Assembly (NCBI GenBank): GCA_963765765.1
Contig: CAVXYC010000030.1
Span: 64,001-128,000, forward strand
Length of the DNA stretch: 64,000 nucleotides
From: an uncultured Chloroflexia bacterium
GTDB lineage: Bacteria > Chloroflexota > UBA6077 > JACCZL01
Direction of reading: 5' to 3'
Part shown: positions 63,977 to 64,000 of the stretch, piece after piece
Layout: every line of letters starts with the position of its first letter
Position numbering within the stretch: position 1 is the first letter of the stretch
Made by a program: the position numbers and the translations under genes
The notes under the pieces: model-generated
What the model saw: the letters and a program-made list of their open reading frames with translations, nothing else
Databases searched by the model: none
What the model was told of the DNA's origin: nothing

Positions 63977-64000
63977 ATGGCCAACGTCTCCAACTCGTCA
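63977..64000 (+). CDS. Start of next gene, probably type I methyltransferase (HsdM)
   Basis: ATG 4 bp after the hsdR stop; identity inferred from the usual hsdR-hsdM order only. Confidence 0.4.

Noticed and set aside
1-64000. tRNA, rRNA, tmRNA or prophage structural genes
   Set aside because: No cloverleaf, rRNA signature or phage structural motifs were recognised by eye; a tRNAscan/Infernal run would be needed to be certain.

Overview
GC-rich bacterial DNA. Ala/Pro/Thr-rich Tat-lipoprotein substrate-binding proteins, LLM/PPOX enzymes and a cell-wall repeat type suggest Chloroflexota (inference). Many ordinary genes carry single frameshifts, which most likely reflect long-read indel errors, so split ORFs are rejoined below where motifs continue across the break. 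Most of the window is accessory metabolism, transport and signalling. Three regions stand out. (1) A decaying island at about 27.4-36.5 kb holds a Phd/PIN toxin-antitoxin pair, an AT-rich DUF4917-like gene, a XerC/D-type tyrosine recombinase with a small Zn-finger partner, and several dif-like 11-6-11 sites. Two of these sites share a TGGGGG core and directly flank a block of orphan ABC substrate-binding-protein paralogs, which looks like a recombinase plus cassette system that is not an integron. (2) An apparent single polypeptide at 56.8-59.4 kb joins a cytoplasmic PP2C phosphatase through one TM helix to extracellular peptidoglycan-binding, degenerate VanW and G5-like regions. (3) A 1068-aa secreted protein combines lytic transglycosylase, M23 peptidase and beta-propeller domains. 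The window ends in a vapBC plus type I restriction-modification locus. No rRNA, tRNA or CRISPR array was seen. All family assignments are by motif recognition only, with no database searches.
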